In this document: positions 43,233-57,754 of the stretch, in pieces
Layout: every line of letters begins with the position of its first letter
Numbering within the stretch: position 1 is the first letter of the stretch
Assembly: GCA_951406725.2 (NCBI GenBank)
Contig: OX597828.1
Location: 61,442,001 to 61,506,000, forward strand
Direction: 5' to 3'
From: Octopus vulgaris
Lineage: Eukaryota
Length of the DNA: 64,000 nt
Notes under the pieces: model-generated
Databases searched by the model: none
Seen by the model: the letters and a program-made list of their open reading frames with translations, nothing else
What the model was told of the DNA's origin: nothing
Translations under genes and position numbers: made by a program

Positions 43233-43600
43233 CGTGCACACACCGGTGGACATAAAACCCATTCAATAAATGCTTTTTAGCTACTCTCTCGGCTGGAACA
43301 CACAAAGATCTCTTTTAGACAATAGATACCTCCTTCTCTCACTCGCTAACACTTTGAACTCTATACCAAGCTATATTTAAAGAAGATTTCAACGAAAAAT
43401 TCCCAGACATGTTCTTGACTCCCAGACAGAAGATAAACTGTTTTTAGTACAAATTATAAATTTATAGATTTTTACTGATATTCGATAAAATGAGAACCTT
43501 ATCGAAACCGCTAATGTTTTCTTTACATAATTTTTAAAAATCATTTTTATTAAATTCCCTCTTAAATCGAAATCTCTTAGACCTATCTGTGCTATTTCCA
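39729..43600 (+). mobile_element. Near full-length Penelope-like retroelement (Neptune-like) with inverted pseudo-LTRs
   Basis: ~600 bp diverged inverted repeats (39729-40300 and 42972-43600) enclose RT and GIY-YIG remnants. Confidence 0.88.
40440..42500 (+). pseudogene. PLE reverse transcriptase plus GIY-YIG endonuclease, frameshifted
   Basis: IKEADKG, YGLRKIHK, RPIIAG, SFDVVTLYTNIPH, MAMGTKVAPTYTNLVMG, WKRYLDE, FLDILI, Cys-rich linker KCGRTNCGTC and NLIYVITCNRCQHNYIGQT. Confidence 0.9.
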
Positions 43601-43607
43601 TAGACAC

Positions 43608-43663
<56 letters not shown>

Positions 43664-43712
43664 GTATATAATAATAATATTAGGGAGTAAATCCAAACAG
43701 GTTTTATCTCTA

Positions 43713-43789
<77 letters not shown>

Positions 43790-43798
43790 TATATATAC

Positions 43799-43843
<45 letters not shown>

Positions 43844-43844
43844 C

Positions 43845-45153
<1,309 letters not shown>

Positions 45154-46267
45154 GTAGATAGATAGATAGATAGATAGATAGTTACGGCGAATTCAAGACA
45201 GAAAATAGAAACAAAATCAACAAAAGTCAAATAGACGTACACAGTGAATAGAGTGCGTATATTAGTTTGATGTTAAGTGAAAATTTTTAGATGGAAAATT
45301 AAAAATAAAAATAAAAACACAAGTAAAATGATGACGCTTCACGCATGTCTCTTCGTGGGATAGTGGAAGAAAGTTCACAGAAATGGAAAAAGGAGGAACG
45401 AGTGGATTGTGAAGAGAAAAGCACGTTGATCGCTACATGATCATACATATGTATGTGTGTGTGCCTGTATGCCTGGTGCATGTGTGTATGTATGTGTATA
45501 GTTATGTGTTTGCACGTGCATGTGTGTGTGTGTGCGTACATGTGCGCGTGCGTGTGTGTGTGTGTGTATGTTTGTGCTTGTGTTTGCTCAACAACCAGTG
45601 GCTTCTTTTGAACTATTCGGAAAAAGAAACCGAATATATAAATGAATATGATATACATCCCATAGCCATTTTATGAGAGATCAAATTGATTTAAATACAA
45701 GCTTAAATATAAATACTAAGTAAGAGAATTAGAATAGAATCACTAGAAGAAATAGGTAGGTTTTCAGGACACAACTGGCCATATTAGCTGTACATATTCA
45801 CTGTTGGACCCTGAAAATTTTTGAGAAAAGTATCTCCACAAGAAAAACATCTTACTAAAGAAAGCTGCAATTAAAATTGTAGGAACTCTTTAAGTTTTCC
45901 TGAAATTTTCTAGCAAAGATTTTGATTTTAGAAACACATAATTATTCCACCACTCCAAGAGTATCCTTATAAGCTTCCTTTAGAGTACAGAATCGTAAAC
46001 AAAACGAAAAGAGTTTAAAACACTTGAGAAGGTTCGAGTTTTTTCGCAGCGACCTTGTGGGACTGGTTCCCACTGCACACACCAACTGTGTGCAGTCAGT
46101 CGTCAACATAATGCCGTTTTAAAACACAAAACATATGCAGAAAAGCATAAATATATTTTCTATGCTGTCATATTCTTATTAAAATATTCTAGAATTCGTT
46201 TTCTCTCAATACGTGTCATAACTATTAGGCCCTCACTCTCATACACGCACGTACGCACACACACACA

Positions 46268-46330
<63 letters not shown>

Positions 46331-47119
46331 GCACACCGGTATGCATGTTCGTCGTAATTAATAGCTTCAACTTAAATAACTCGATAGCATGTTGGAGAAT
46401 GTTTATTATGACTGATGAGCTTGAATACTGCATTACGTTTCGTCTTTCGATTGATCAAAATGTAAGAAATGTGGAAGAAAATTGCAGCTACATTGATATG
46501 TAGGTGGAGGATCGGTGATTGGTATGTAAGTAAGTAAATGCAATGACTGGTGAATATAGATGGGAAAAGGGCGGCGTTATAAATATTTATTGAAAATTTC
46601 AAACTAAAGAGGACTGCTTTAGAGATTACAAGGTATTCAGAAGAATTTAACGGAGTAAAATTTATGTTATATTCTAATAAGGAAATGGTTCAATAGAAGA
46701 AATAGAGAGAAAGATTGGTACAGTGATTCTAAATTTATGTATGATAAAACGATGCTTAACCGAAACTTAAGAGGGGCACTGATTTAGGTTTATCTAATTG
46801 CTGTACATCATTACAAAAACTACAAAATTTAAAAGTGCACGGATATGTAAAATATGATGTTATTGAATCAACTGTACACGTCCAAGATACGTTGGTGTAA
46901 ATGATTAAGAACTGCAAAGACAAACGGATTACATCAGTGAATGAATCCCTGTTTAGAACTGTGTGTTAGCATAGGTTAATATACAAAAATTTTCATAATT
47001 TCACTGAAGGTATATATCAGCTTAAATGCGTATTTTACCAAATATCTATCTATCTAGCTAGCTAGCTGGCTATCTATGCATGCATGTATGCATGCTTGTA
47101 TGTACGTATGTATATATAT

Positions 47120-47967
47120 ATATAAGAGTGCTGGAAAACTGAGACGCACAAGATGTTATTTAAATCATTTATATCACCATATCACCGACATATTGATACA
47201 TTAAAATAAATCCGAGATGAAGAATTATGTGGAATGAAATATCAATCTTATCAGGGAGGAGATTATAATAAGCCATTTTTACAGATGTAAGAAACTATAT
47301 ATAATATATAAATAAAAAACGAAGATGAATAGGGAACACTAGTAATTTTAAAATAGTATTAAGAAATTTGATGTCACAGGACGAGAGAAGAGAAGGAAGA
47401 GAGAAAGGGAATTAAAGGAGTAATGGAGGTATAAGCAAATAGGTGACTATAGAAAGACCAATATAAAAATATTTAGTTCCTGAAGAAGCTTTACATTGAT
47501 AAACAACATTTTTAATTTTGCAGTTTCCGTTGAGAATGCAAACTTCATGCAGACCACAATTAAAGTACTATTACTATTGATATTGTTATTTAAGAAGTGA
47601 TTATCGTTAATATTATTGTTATTACAGTTATTAAGCAAAACCCTTTTACCGTTAAGAATATAGTTGTTATGCGAGTTGAGAATAGAGTGGTAGCTGAAAT
47701 TTTCGGTGGCTTCACGAAACAGGTAAAGAAGGTGACTTTTAAGTTGTTTTCTGCATGGAATAACAAACCAAATAGTTTTACTAGGAGGGTCATGCGATTT
47801 ATAGGGAGATTTCTGATTAAAAAACCGGAAGTTTTTTTTTTTTTACAGAAAGAGTGGGGAAGTATTGTTACCTCCCTTAGATTGTTTATTTTAAAATTTA
47901 CCCAGATTAGCTTTTTGACTATTTTGATATAAGGAATTATTATATGGATTATTGCCCGTGGAAGAAA

Positions 47968-48016
<49 letters not shown>

Positions 48017-48620
48017 ATTATTGTTGTTGTTGTTGTTGTTGTCGTCGTTGTCGTCATCATCATCATCATCATCATCATCATTATCATTATCATTATTATT
48101 ATTATTGATATAACTACTATCAACCAGATTATTAGAGGTTAAACCAGGATCAAGAATGTTATAATACTTAATTTGCTCGTTATATCCTACCTTATAAGGA
48201 CGATTTTTTACATTTTTGATTAGAGATATTTTGAAGGTAAAGAAGACAATCGTTGCGATATAAACAACCAAGGATATATGGAAATTGGCCAGCCATTTCG
48301 GATAGAATATAAATACCGACCAGATCAGAAATTTGAGCTGAATCGCTGGACCCCATTGTTATATCAAAGCAATCAGGTCGATCTTTATGAACCCAAAATT
48401 GATTATTAAATTTGATAATAAATTTTCTAGCTGCTAAATTATAAATTTCATCTCGGATGAGGCCGGATTTACTATGCGCGTACCATAGGGCTTTATTAAG
48501 GACGATGGAATTAATAGAGGAATAATAACTACAAATATCAAACTGGATAAATTTAGTGTTTAGTTTATTATCAATAGAGTTGAAGCAGTCTTTTTTATGT
48601 ATCAGTCTTAATATATATGA
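47120..48620 (-). mobile_element. Penelope-like element fragment (RT core and downstream region)
   Basis: IQFDICSYYSSI, FDITMGSSDSAQISDLVGIYIL, CLYRNDCL, RPYK, LIWVN; homologous to 60130-62090; interrupted by (ATT)/(GTT)/(ATC) repeats. Confidence 0.75.
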
Positions 48621-48647
48621 ATGGACAGAAAAATGAATGCATATACA

Positions 48648-48722
<75 letters not shown>

Positions 48723-50309
48723 CGTTGCTCTTATGTTAAACTGTCGTATGTCCAAGTTGGCCAAATGCGTTCTTTTTTTCAATATTTATTTTGCTTGCAA
48801 TAGCCGGTGTTATTTTCGTCAAACTATCGAATTTCCAGCTGCTTCAGATGCCAAGATATCAAAAATTGTCAAAGTGTAGCACAACGGTTTTGCTATGGAA
48901 TGGCGAAACTATATTTTCATTTTCTGAAAAAGCAACGTTTTAGACTTACGACACTTTTGCATATATATATATGTATATTATGTATATATACACACATATA
49001 TATACATGTGTGAGTGTGAGTGTGTGTGTGCATATGAGTTCATACATATGCGTGCGTGTGTGCCTGTATGTGTGTATGTTGAAAGAGAAAAAGAAAAGAA
49101 AAATGGGTGTTGCAAACATTTGTATAATTAACAGAGTGAATTAAGTGCGGGAGGTTAAGGAGCATGTCTAAAACCTGGCAAGTGAAAATAAATGAATGAG
49201 TGAAAGATGAGACAATTGGATTGGTTTACAGCCTACTTGAGACATCTATTTAAATCTGTCTCCAGCTTCACTGATCTTCCTGATATCTGCTGTAGAAAAC
49301 TACTAATCAATGAGAATCAAATTTCCGATTATCGCCCTCTAAGATTACATTCTTTCTCACTGGACTAGCTGACATCAGGTCTGAGTATGGACTTTTTCTG
49401 GCCCAAGGCTGTTGTGTGAATGATGGTGGTGGTGGTGGTGCAGAGAGTGGGAGGTAAGAGTCATGAGTGTTGCTTGTTCGGTGGTGAATTTATTGTCTAC
49501 TTTAATTGCGAGTTAGAGGGTGGCTTGTCAAGGGAAATTTGAAATGAAAATCAAGAGAATATGGTAGATTGAAGACATAGATAGACAGAGTAATAGAAGA
49601 TGACTGTTGTAACACAACTAAGTATCATGACTTGCCGCACTCAAATACACAAACACACTCATACAGACACAAGCGCGTACAAATAAGTACTCTGAACTCC
49701 AATATGTTATACAAAAATAATCGTGATTTCAAACAATCAGATACATACACACATACACATTAACACGCATGCACTCACATAAGCACACACACGAGTGCAT
49801 ACGCACAGATACTTACAGACACATATACATAGATACAAACACATACAGAAAGAGACACATAATTTTAAAGCATGTTATAGAAAAGTATCATGACTTGATA
49901 TTTTCAAATATGCACGAAAACCATCCTACTCAAGATCTCACGCACATATAAACACCGGCAACAGAAATAACATTAAGCTTTTAATATTGTTATCGTCGCA
50001 AGTTATTTGATCAAGTCAATAACAACCAGAAACATTTTTTGCAAATGCCCATAATAACACACATATAAAACACGCATATAAAACATTAACAACCCTCTAA
50101 TAGCAGAGGGTTGCTATTGTCTTTATGTGTCTATTTAGCCATAAAGAGCGGAATAGGGTTACGGGGAAAGTGAGAGCTTTACTGTTTCTTCTAGTACGCA
50201 AATACATACATAGAGGTGTATAATCGTACATATACATACATACATACAAACATACATACATACATACATACATACATACATACATACATACATACATACA
50301 TACATACAA

Positions 50310-50425
50310 AAATACCCTGTTGGTTGTTGGTGTTGAAATTCTAATGAAGGAGCTTTGGATCTAGGCTAGAAACCGGTTCTTTCTCAATTGGCAACAAATC
50401 TTGTAATAAATTGAATAATGACATA
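50310..50425 (+). mobile_element. Short retroelement 3' end in (CATA)n
   Basis: ~115 bp unique-looking segment with aataaa, flanked by (TACA)n on both sides. Confidence 0.35.
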
Positions 50426-50862
50426 CATACATATATAAATATATATATATTTATGCATGTGTATGTATTTGTGTATGAATGTGTAATCATATATATATAT
50501 ATGTGTGTGTGTGTGTGTTTGTGTGTGTATGTATATATAGGTAAGGAAAAATTAAAGAGGTGAACTCTTTTCAAGAAACAACAGCGTAGGACTCAATCTA
50601 TGGGCGATTAAAGTATTAATTATAAGGAGACAAATTTCAAGGTCAATAATATATTTCGGGGGCTAGATAAACGCATAATTTTTTTAAACTTTTTTTTTTG
50701 TAATTTTCTTAGTTGTACACTATGAATGTTTGTTCAATGACCTGGAATCCCGGAATTTATGCAATTTTTGTACTTGTGTAAAAATTCCAACAGCTTAAAT
50801 ATATTCTTACATTGTCATGAATAATTTTATGATTTTATTTCAAATTCTGAATCTGTAAATAT

Positions 50863-50947
50863 TCTCTGATGAAGGAAATGTGGATTACTGAAGTTGAAAA
50901 AATTTACCTGCACACTTCTTCGCACATTCCCAGAAACGGCCGTAAGA
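50863..50947 (+). ncRNA. Type I hammerhead ribozyme, intact core, palindromic stem III
   Basis: tct-CTGATGA-aggaaatgtg...cacattccca-GAAAC-ggcc-GTA-aga; ACGGCCGT palindrome; related to the 7181 copy. Confidence 0.75.
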
Positions 50948-51218
50948 TTCTTTCGTATGTATTGGATTCGTTTGAGGACTTCCCTTTTGGATTATTGTGA
51001 ACTGCCATCTCATCAACTCGTGACTTTTTGGTTTGTCTGTATGTATTTATGCAATTCTTTATCCGACTTTAATTTGGGCACGGAATTACACTATTATATG
51101 TATATATATATATATATATACATAATAAATATAGGATAAAATTTTTTTCGGGAAAAAAATTTTTATCAATGGCCAGCATATCAAAATATGCCTTTAAAGG
51201 TAAAATCTATACATAATT

Positions 51219-51615
51219 TACAAGATAAGAGCAGAAGAAAAATTCTACTGCCAAATGTGCCGAAACAAAAAATTGTCGATAACCATTATAATTTATGCGT
51301 CTCGAAACAAACCGATAGAAATCTCTAAAAAATTTGTTATTACCGTATTGGTCCAATTTCGGGGTTAATTCATAAGAAATGGTCCCCTCTTCAGCGGCAA
51401 ATACGCGAGATATAAATGAAATACTTACTCATACCCATGGAAAAGCAAGCACTAAGTCCCGAGCAGACTTAAGTACCCCAAATATATCCACGGTAATAAC
51501 GAATTTTTTAGAGATTTCTATCGGTTTGTTTCGAGACGCATAAATTATAATGGTTATCGACAATTTTTTGTTTGGGCATATTTGGCATTAGAATTTTTCT
51601 TCTGCCCTTATCTTG

Positions 51616-51617
<2 letters not shown>
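51219..51617. repeat. 128 bp inverted repeat around a hammerhead-containing spacer
   Basis: 51219-51346 is the reverse complement of 51490-51617 with a few substitutions; both outer sides lead to (TA)n. Confidence 0.85.
51340..51400 (-). ncRNA. Type I hammerhead ribozyme, intact core
   Basis: Minus strand: ttgccg-CTGAAGA-gggg...cccc-GAAA-ttggaccaa-TA-cggtaa; stem I ttgccg/cggtaa, stem II gggg/cccc, near-palindromic attggaccaat, AUA cleavage triplet. Confidence 0.85.
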
Positions 51618-51647
<30 letters not shown>

Positions 51648-51992
51648 ATATGTTCGCATATTTATAATGGTTTATATATACTCTCTGTGTTTAGACGTGT
51701 GTCGGCTTTCATGAGGAGTATTATTGACCTTGAAATTTGTCTCTTTCTAATTAATACTTGAATATATATATATTTTATTTTTTGCCTGTTTCAGCTTAGA
51801 GCTGCGGCCATGCTGATGCACCGCCTGGCCTAAATACCCGGCGTTGCTCGGTAGTTTAAAGAATGTTAAAGGAAATAAAAACACATATTCTGATATAAAT
51901 ATTTTCAGAAGAATTCTATCGGATGATGTGAGTATAAACAAAGTTATCAAAACAAATTCTGAAATGAATCACAGTTTAATTTTGTAGAACTT

Positions 51993-52530
51993 TTAAATAT
52001 ACAATGTTTTCAGTGTATCCTTTAAATGGTATACACATAAAAATAGTTTTGGGACTTCCAGCTCGCGAACATCCTTTGACTGGATGGAAATGCCTTCTAG
52101 AAGATCCATAAGAGGTTGAAAAGGAGCTGGTAGTGCTGGCATTGTTACCTGGCCGCCTGAGCAGCACATACCATTTGTTTCATTTGAAAATTTGAAAGCT
52201 CTACAGAAAAGACAATTTGTACTTAGCGCACCAATCTGGACAGAGTTATCATTTTTATAAAAATGGGATGGATCGTATCTGAAAACAGATTCAGGAGTTG
52301 TGAAGAACGAATTTGTACGTAGTCTGTTTCTGAGAGCTATTCTATTGGACCTCTGTCTAATCATTAAAACATTGATTTAATGATCCAGCATCAAGTGTTG
52401 CAACATGCATTTACTGATGTCGAGAAAATCTCATACAGCTTCTCTCTTCATACCCTCGCGTTCGGTTTTCTACAATCCTCTTTGCTTCATCCTTGTTTCT
52501 GGAGAGATTAAGTCCTTTCTTTCGTGGCAT
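51993..52530 (-). pseudogene. Helitron Rep/helicase N-terminal fragment
   Basis: MPRKKGLNLSR start; FRYDP...IGALSTNCLFCRAFKFSNETNGMCCSGGQVTMPAL...LMDLLEG (CxxC...CC motif of Helitron proteins). Confidence 0.82.
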
Positions 52531-53039
52531 ATTTACCCCAATATTGTAAACAAAAAAATATGAACTTAGAAAGAAATTATACATTAATCCCTACTTTTGT
52601 ATGCAGTTGTATCCGTAAAATATTTATTTGAAGAAAGCAGAAATTAAAAGAAGAGAAAGCGAAAAGAATAAAGAAAGAAAGTGAAAGATGTATGTACGTG
52701 TATATGAAATGGATGTGTGTGTGAGTGCGTGCGGGCTTGTGCGTGTGTATGTGAGAGAGAAAGAGGGTGAGAAAGAGAGATAGAGTGAGTGAATGAAGAT
52801 GTCTGTCGTGATGATTGATGTCTTTTAAGGTACACACACATATAGAAAATGTGACGTAAGATAATAAAATTTTTACGAAAGTTGATTTATGGAAAAGATT
52901 ATGTTAAACTTTTGAAATTCAAATATGTGAATGAAAATTAAGTTTAATAGTTGCCAAAATAGCACTGAATCTTTTGATAACCCATACGTCAAAATCTGTA
53001 ACTCGGTTTTCGAAAGTATAAGGAATATATAATATCAAT

Positions 53040-53118
53040 GAGGCAGACCTCTACATGGTAGCTAGACCTGGTAGAAATAGCAGCCAAATCTCCCTCAAGA
53101 CACCCTACCGTCTTAATC
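53040..53118 (+). repeat. Old interspersed repeat (motif agaaatagcagccaaatctccctcaa)
   Basis: Diverged copies at ~5-135, ~10590-10770, and on the minus strand at ~62400-62500 and ~63595-63810. Confidence 0.45.
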
Positions 53119-53482
53119 CAACAATTCTGCCTATTATGTAGTTTTAATGAGAAACTGTTTTTAAAGATTAAGATTGTTAACCCCACAGAGAGAGGAAAGA
53201 AGAGAGACAGCATAGCAACGGTTTTGGCTGACTGTCCTCCCCTTGTTGCTAGCGAAATGGCATGAGCCGGCTGTCTGAGCATCTGGTTGTATTAATGGCG
53301 GAACAATCAGGACAGGGATATTACAAAAATAGTGATTCTCACTTTGAAACTAAACGAATTTGAAAATCTTCTTAGATTACGGAACACCCCGATCTGTCAT
53401 GTATCCATGTTTAAAATTTCAGCGCGATCGGATGAACAATATTCGAGTTATAAGCGCACAAACAGACAGACAGACCAAAAAG

Positions 53483-53546
<64 letters not shown>

Positions 53547-53622
53547 CATACATACATACATACATACATACATACATACATACATACATACATACATACA
53601 TACATACATACATACATACTTA

Positions 53623-53742
53623 TTCTTTTCTTTTGCTTATTTCAGTCATTTGACTGCGACCATGCTGGAACACTGCCTTTGGTCGGACAAATCGACCCCA
53701 AGACTTATTCTTATCCTATCGGTCTCTTTTTCCGAACCGCTA
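53623..53742 (-). mobile_element. SINE 3' fragment (family of 1403)
   Basis: ttcagtcatttgactgcgaccatgctggaacac...ctatcggtctctttttccgaac is the reverse complement of 1715-1850. Confidence 0.75.
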
Positions 53743-54226
53743 CTCCCCCCTGTTTGTGTCTTCAGGGAATAGTAAAAACAGTCTCTTCTATTTTTTGATT
53801 ATTATTAATCTTTCGATGAGGAGAGATGTCAATTTAACCCCAAGCAACGGAGTAACTTTTACTGATGAAGGTTAATTCATTCCAAAACCATCGATGATCT
53901 GACAGTCCTCGCTGGCTGTTGGGAGGTTGTTTCCCTCGTCAGTCAATAAGTACTTTGTCCGTGTCTAAGAGTTGTTTTGACTCTTATTTCCCACAATACT
54001 GGTGCTGATTTGCACCCTCAGTCACTTTAGTGATGTTTGTACTTATATATATATATAATGTCAATAAATGAAAATGGAGAAGAAAAATTGAAAAGATGCT
54101 TAGTTCATTTTATTTGTATTACAATTGGAAAAGTAATGCAAATTAAGAGATTAAAAGATATACCTATAAGAACAAGTATGAAAGGAACCACATCAACAAA
54201 TTAACCCCAAAATTTGCTAAAATATA

Positions 54227-54324
54227 TTCTACATATGTTTCAATATAACAATATTTTAGAATCAACAATAATTCTAACTTTTAAAGATGTAATAAGCGGT
54301 ATATTGTTAGATTTCCTCAGAAAA
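54227..54324 (-). ncRNA. Type I hammerhead ribozyme, intact core, weak stem I
   Basis: Minus strand: ttt-CTGAGGA-aatctaacaatat...atattgttatatt-GAAAC-atat-GTA-gaa; ACATATGT palindrome; nested hairpin ttagaat/attctaa. Confidence 0.65.
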
Positions 54325-54832
54325 AGTAAGTATATTTTAGACTTGAGTTACGAAATGACTTATTTGAGACTATGTTTAGGAAAATGAAAGACGCAGAATT
54401 CATGTGATTAGAAATTTATTGTTTAAAATTTGAACGTTAAAATTGAACTTTAAAATGCTACTAAAGCATCAAATTTATTTGAAAAAATATATATTTATTA
54501 TATTTATAAAGTTTTGTGTTAGGGAGGTAGAAAGACGGATGTAGCTTATCGTTAGGGTAGTAATATATTATAATTATAATGGGAAATGTAAATAAAGATT
54601 GGATGAATAACATTGGTGTTATTTAGAGAGGATATAATTTCCAGTTTTCGAAGAAAAAATATGTTTTGTATTTAAAATATAAGGTGTATAAAAATTATAT
54701 AATAGTCTCTTACGAAATGTTGCTAAATGCTAGAGAAATTAAAAGCGGTGTTACAGGATAAATTCCCTAGGTCAAAATTTGAGTAACTAGTGATCTCCCT
54801 TTACTTCATATATATATGTAATCATGAGTAAA

Positions 54833-55150
54833 GGCGCATGGATCAGTGGTTAGAGCGTCGAGCTTACGAACGTGATGTTGTGAGTTAGATTCCCGGACTG
54901 TCGTGTTCTTGAGCAAGACACTTTATTTCACGTTGCTCCAGTTAACTCAGCTGTAGAAATGAGTTGCGACATCACTGGTGCCAAGGTGTGTCGGCCCCTT
55001 TATCTTTCCCTTGGATATCATCAGTGGCGGCTGGTATGCATGGGCAACTGCTGGCCTTCTATAAACAACTATGCCCGGACTTGTGCCTCGGAGGGTAACT
55101 TTCTAGGTGCAATCCCATAGTCATTCATGGCCGAAGGGGGTCTCCTCCTC
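54833..55150 (+). mobile_element. tRNA-derived SINE with target-site duplication
   Basis: A/B boxes, central cttgagcaagacact...actcagctgtagaaatgag; TSD tgtaatcatg at 54817-54826 and 55154-55163; fragment of the same family at ~9500-9560. Confidence 0.8.
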
Positions 55151-56665
55151 GTGTGTAATCATGTCATTCGATATTTTAAAAATGAAAAATAGCTTAGTTT
55201 AAATTGTATATTTATATACTGAAATATATTAGAAGTACCAATAGTCATAATTGCGTGATTATGATATTTTCTAAATATAAAAACAAACGATAAAGCCTTC
55301 AAAATACAGCATTTATGTAGAAATGGGGTTGTGTTATAAAATATGTAGATTTGAGGTTTATTTCATGTTAATTATATTTATATTCTATTTAATAATGAGA
55401 TAGATATCATATATTAGTAGTAAGAGTTAAAGTAAAATTAAAGTAAATTATTGAAGGGTATAATTAGAAGATTAAGAGATCAATAGGTTACATTAATACT
55501 TATATTTATACTTCTATATATTTATATTTATATATTGGTGCTAAATATGGTTTATATAATGATTGTTATAATAAATAATTGTACTATTATCAATTATTTG
55601 TTATTTAAACTGTGGGTTATATATGTGTTCTTAATATAAAAAAGGTTAAGTGTTTGAGTATGGAATATGATGATAAAATCCAATATACAAGTTATTAATT
55701 ACTTCTTATACGACGTATACACACACTCGTACACACACACATATATATTTATCTACATACATAATACATACATACATACATACATATATATATATATATA
55801 TTAATATTTAATTAAATATTAAAATAATTTTAAAGCTATTTTTTATATTCATAAATATCTCTAATAGTTGACTTTGTTCTATTATTGTTTATATATAGCT
55901 ATTTTCAATTGATAATTTGTAGTAGTATTTTTCGTTGATAAATATATTCGTAGTTTTTATTGGATACTATATAACTACGGATTGATAATTTCATCGTATA
56001 AGTATTTAGGTGTTGAAGATATCTATTTCATTATTTCATTATTAGTTCTTAACTATACGGTTTTTGTAAGTTATTAATTAGCCAACGAGATATATGGATC
56101 GTTAAATAGTTATAGGGTTCTTTTAAGATAGTTTATTTGTTTACAATTTGCTTTTTCATCTTTAATCTTTTAATTTTTAATATATTTCATAAGTAATAAT
56201 GAATAATTAATTTATTTAGTATTTTATTATACGTATATATATTTATTGATAGAGATAATTTTAGATCTTAATTTTTATATTTATATATATTTATTGATAA
56301 TTTTGTTATTACTCAAATATTTTATAATTATTTGATTTGAACTTAAATTTAATAATATGAATAGTGATTTTTTTTGTTTGTTAAATAATTAGGTAATTAG
56401 ATGTTGACTATAACTGAGATTAGGTTATTCGTGAGTTTATTATGTTTTTTAAAGCCATATTATATCTGAATAGATAAATACATTTTCTATCAATTCTTAC
56501 TTTAAAAAATTAATTTTGAACATTATAATCGATTGTATGACATAATCATAATCGTTAAAGTTTATAGTTTGATAATAGAGTTTTTTATAAGAAAAATTAT
56601 TATTTTATTTATTTCTTTAAAATATTGTTTAAATATATTTGCTTATTTATTTAACTATTATCTTT

Positions 56666-56763
56666 AACCTGAAGATTGATTATAACCATAATTCGAATTA
56701 TTAATTGAATTTAAATTATTGTAATTCGAATTAGGGTATGAGCATGAAACGTACGTAGTGGTT
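56666..56763 (+). ncRNA. Type I hammerhead ribozyme, intact core, decayed stem I
   Basis: ac-CTGAAGA-ttgattataaccataattcgaatta...taattcgaattagggtatgagcat-GAAAC-gtac-GTA-gt; ACGTACGT palindrome. Confidence 0.6.
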
Positions 56764-57001
56764 TTACTTTTATCTTATATTAAGCATTTTAATACTTTTG
56801 ATAGTTATATATATTAAAAAGAAATTATTAAAAAATTATAAATATAAATTAATAATTTTAATTTTAAATTTAAATAATTTAAATTTTTAAATTTTATATT
56901 TTATATATTTTGTATATTATATTAATTATTTTTATTTTTATGTTTTGGTTTATATTTTTCATTGTTTGATTTGCCTAATAGTGGTTTTATCTCCAATTTG
57001 A

Positions 57002-57057
<56 letters not shown>

Positions 57058-57212
57058 CACTAAAAGTGAAGGTTAAATGGATAATATAGTTTGCGATGAT
57101 GTAAAGTTTAGGTAAAAATTGGGCATAGGTGAGTTACATGGAGTATAAGTAAGGTAGGGGTTAACAATGGGTGTGATATGTGTTAATGTAATTATGGGAT
57201 TCAATATAAAGA

Positions 57213-57293
<81 letters not shown>

Positions 57294-57298
<5 letters not shown>

Positions 57299-57645
57299 CT
57301 TGATCACCTTGATCACCTTGACCGACCAGTCCGTCGGGCGCCCATTTGACACCGCTGGTCACAGCACGATGTCCACTCCTCTCTGGATCGCGCCTATCTC
57401 ATCCACGTGATCCCAATCGTCCTCCTGAAATCGTAACTCCGCCGTCGTGGAGGCCTTCCGGGTGGTCATTTCCGCTCGCGCTGGTACCACTCGACAATTG
57501 CGCCGGTCCACCGATTATCGGTGAGCCGGGTGACGTGTCCAGCCCTTCTAAACTTGCTGCGTGTATACTCTGCGATGACATCCCTCACTTCATTCTGATG
57601 ATCTCTCTACTGATGTGCTCTCTCAACGAGATACCAAGCATTGAC
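57294..57645 (-). mobile_element. RTE-clade LINE 3' end
   Basis: Minus strand KFRRAGHVTRLTDNRWTGAIVEWYQRERK*PPGRPP; tail (caaggtgat)3. Confidence 0.8.
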
Positions 57646-57678
57646 CTACATATATGTATATGTATATATCTATATCTA

Positions 57679-57748
<70 letters not shown>

Positions 57749-57754
57749 AATATA

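Larger units (their letters stand above)
51825..53490 (-). mobile_element. Internally deleted Helitron
   Basis: 5' (gtct)n and catccgatcgcgctgaaatttt; 3' hairpin ccgagcaacgccgg followed by ccag (CTAG variant); carries RepHel N-terminal coding sequence. Confidence 0.8.

Noticed and set aside
50338-50385. CTAATGA...GAAACCGGTT as a hammerhead
   Set aside because: Core G5 is absent and stem I is not supported.
53855-53945. Hammerhead-like CTGATGA...AAAAC-catcgatg
   Set aside because: G12 is missing and stems I and II do not pair convincingly; at best a dead relic.
55200-57000. Mitochondrial insertion suggested by extreme AT content
   Set aside because: No recognisable mitochondrial gene, rRNA or tRNA motif.
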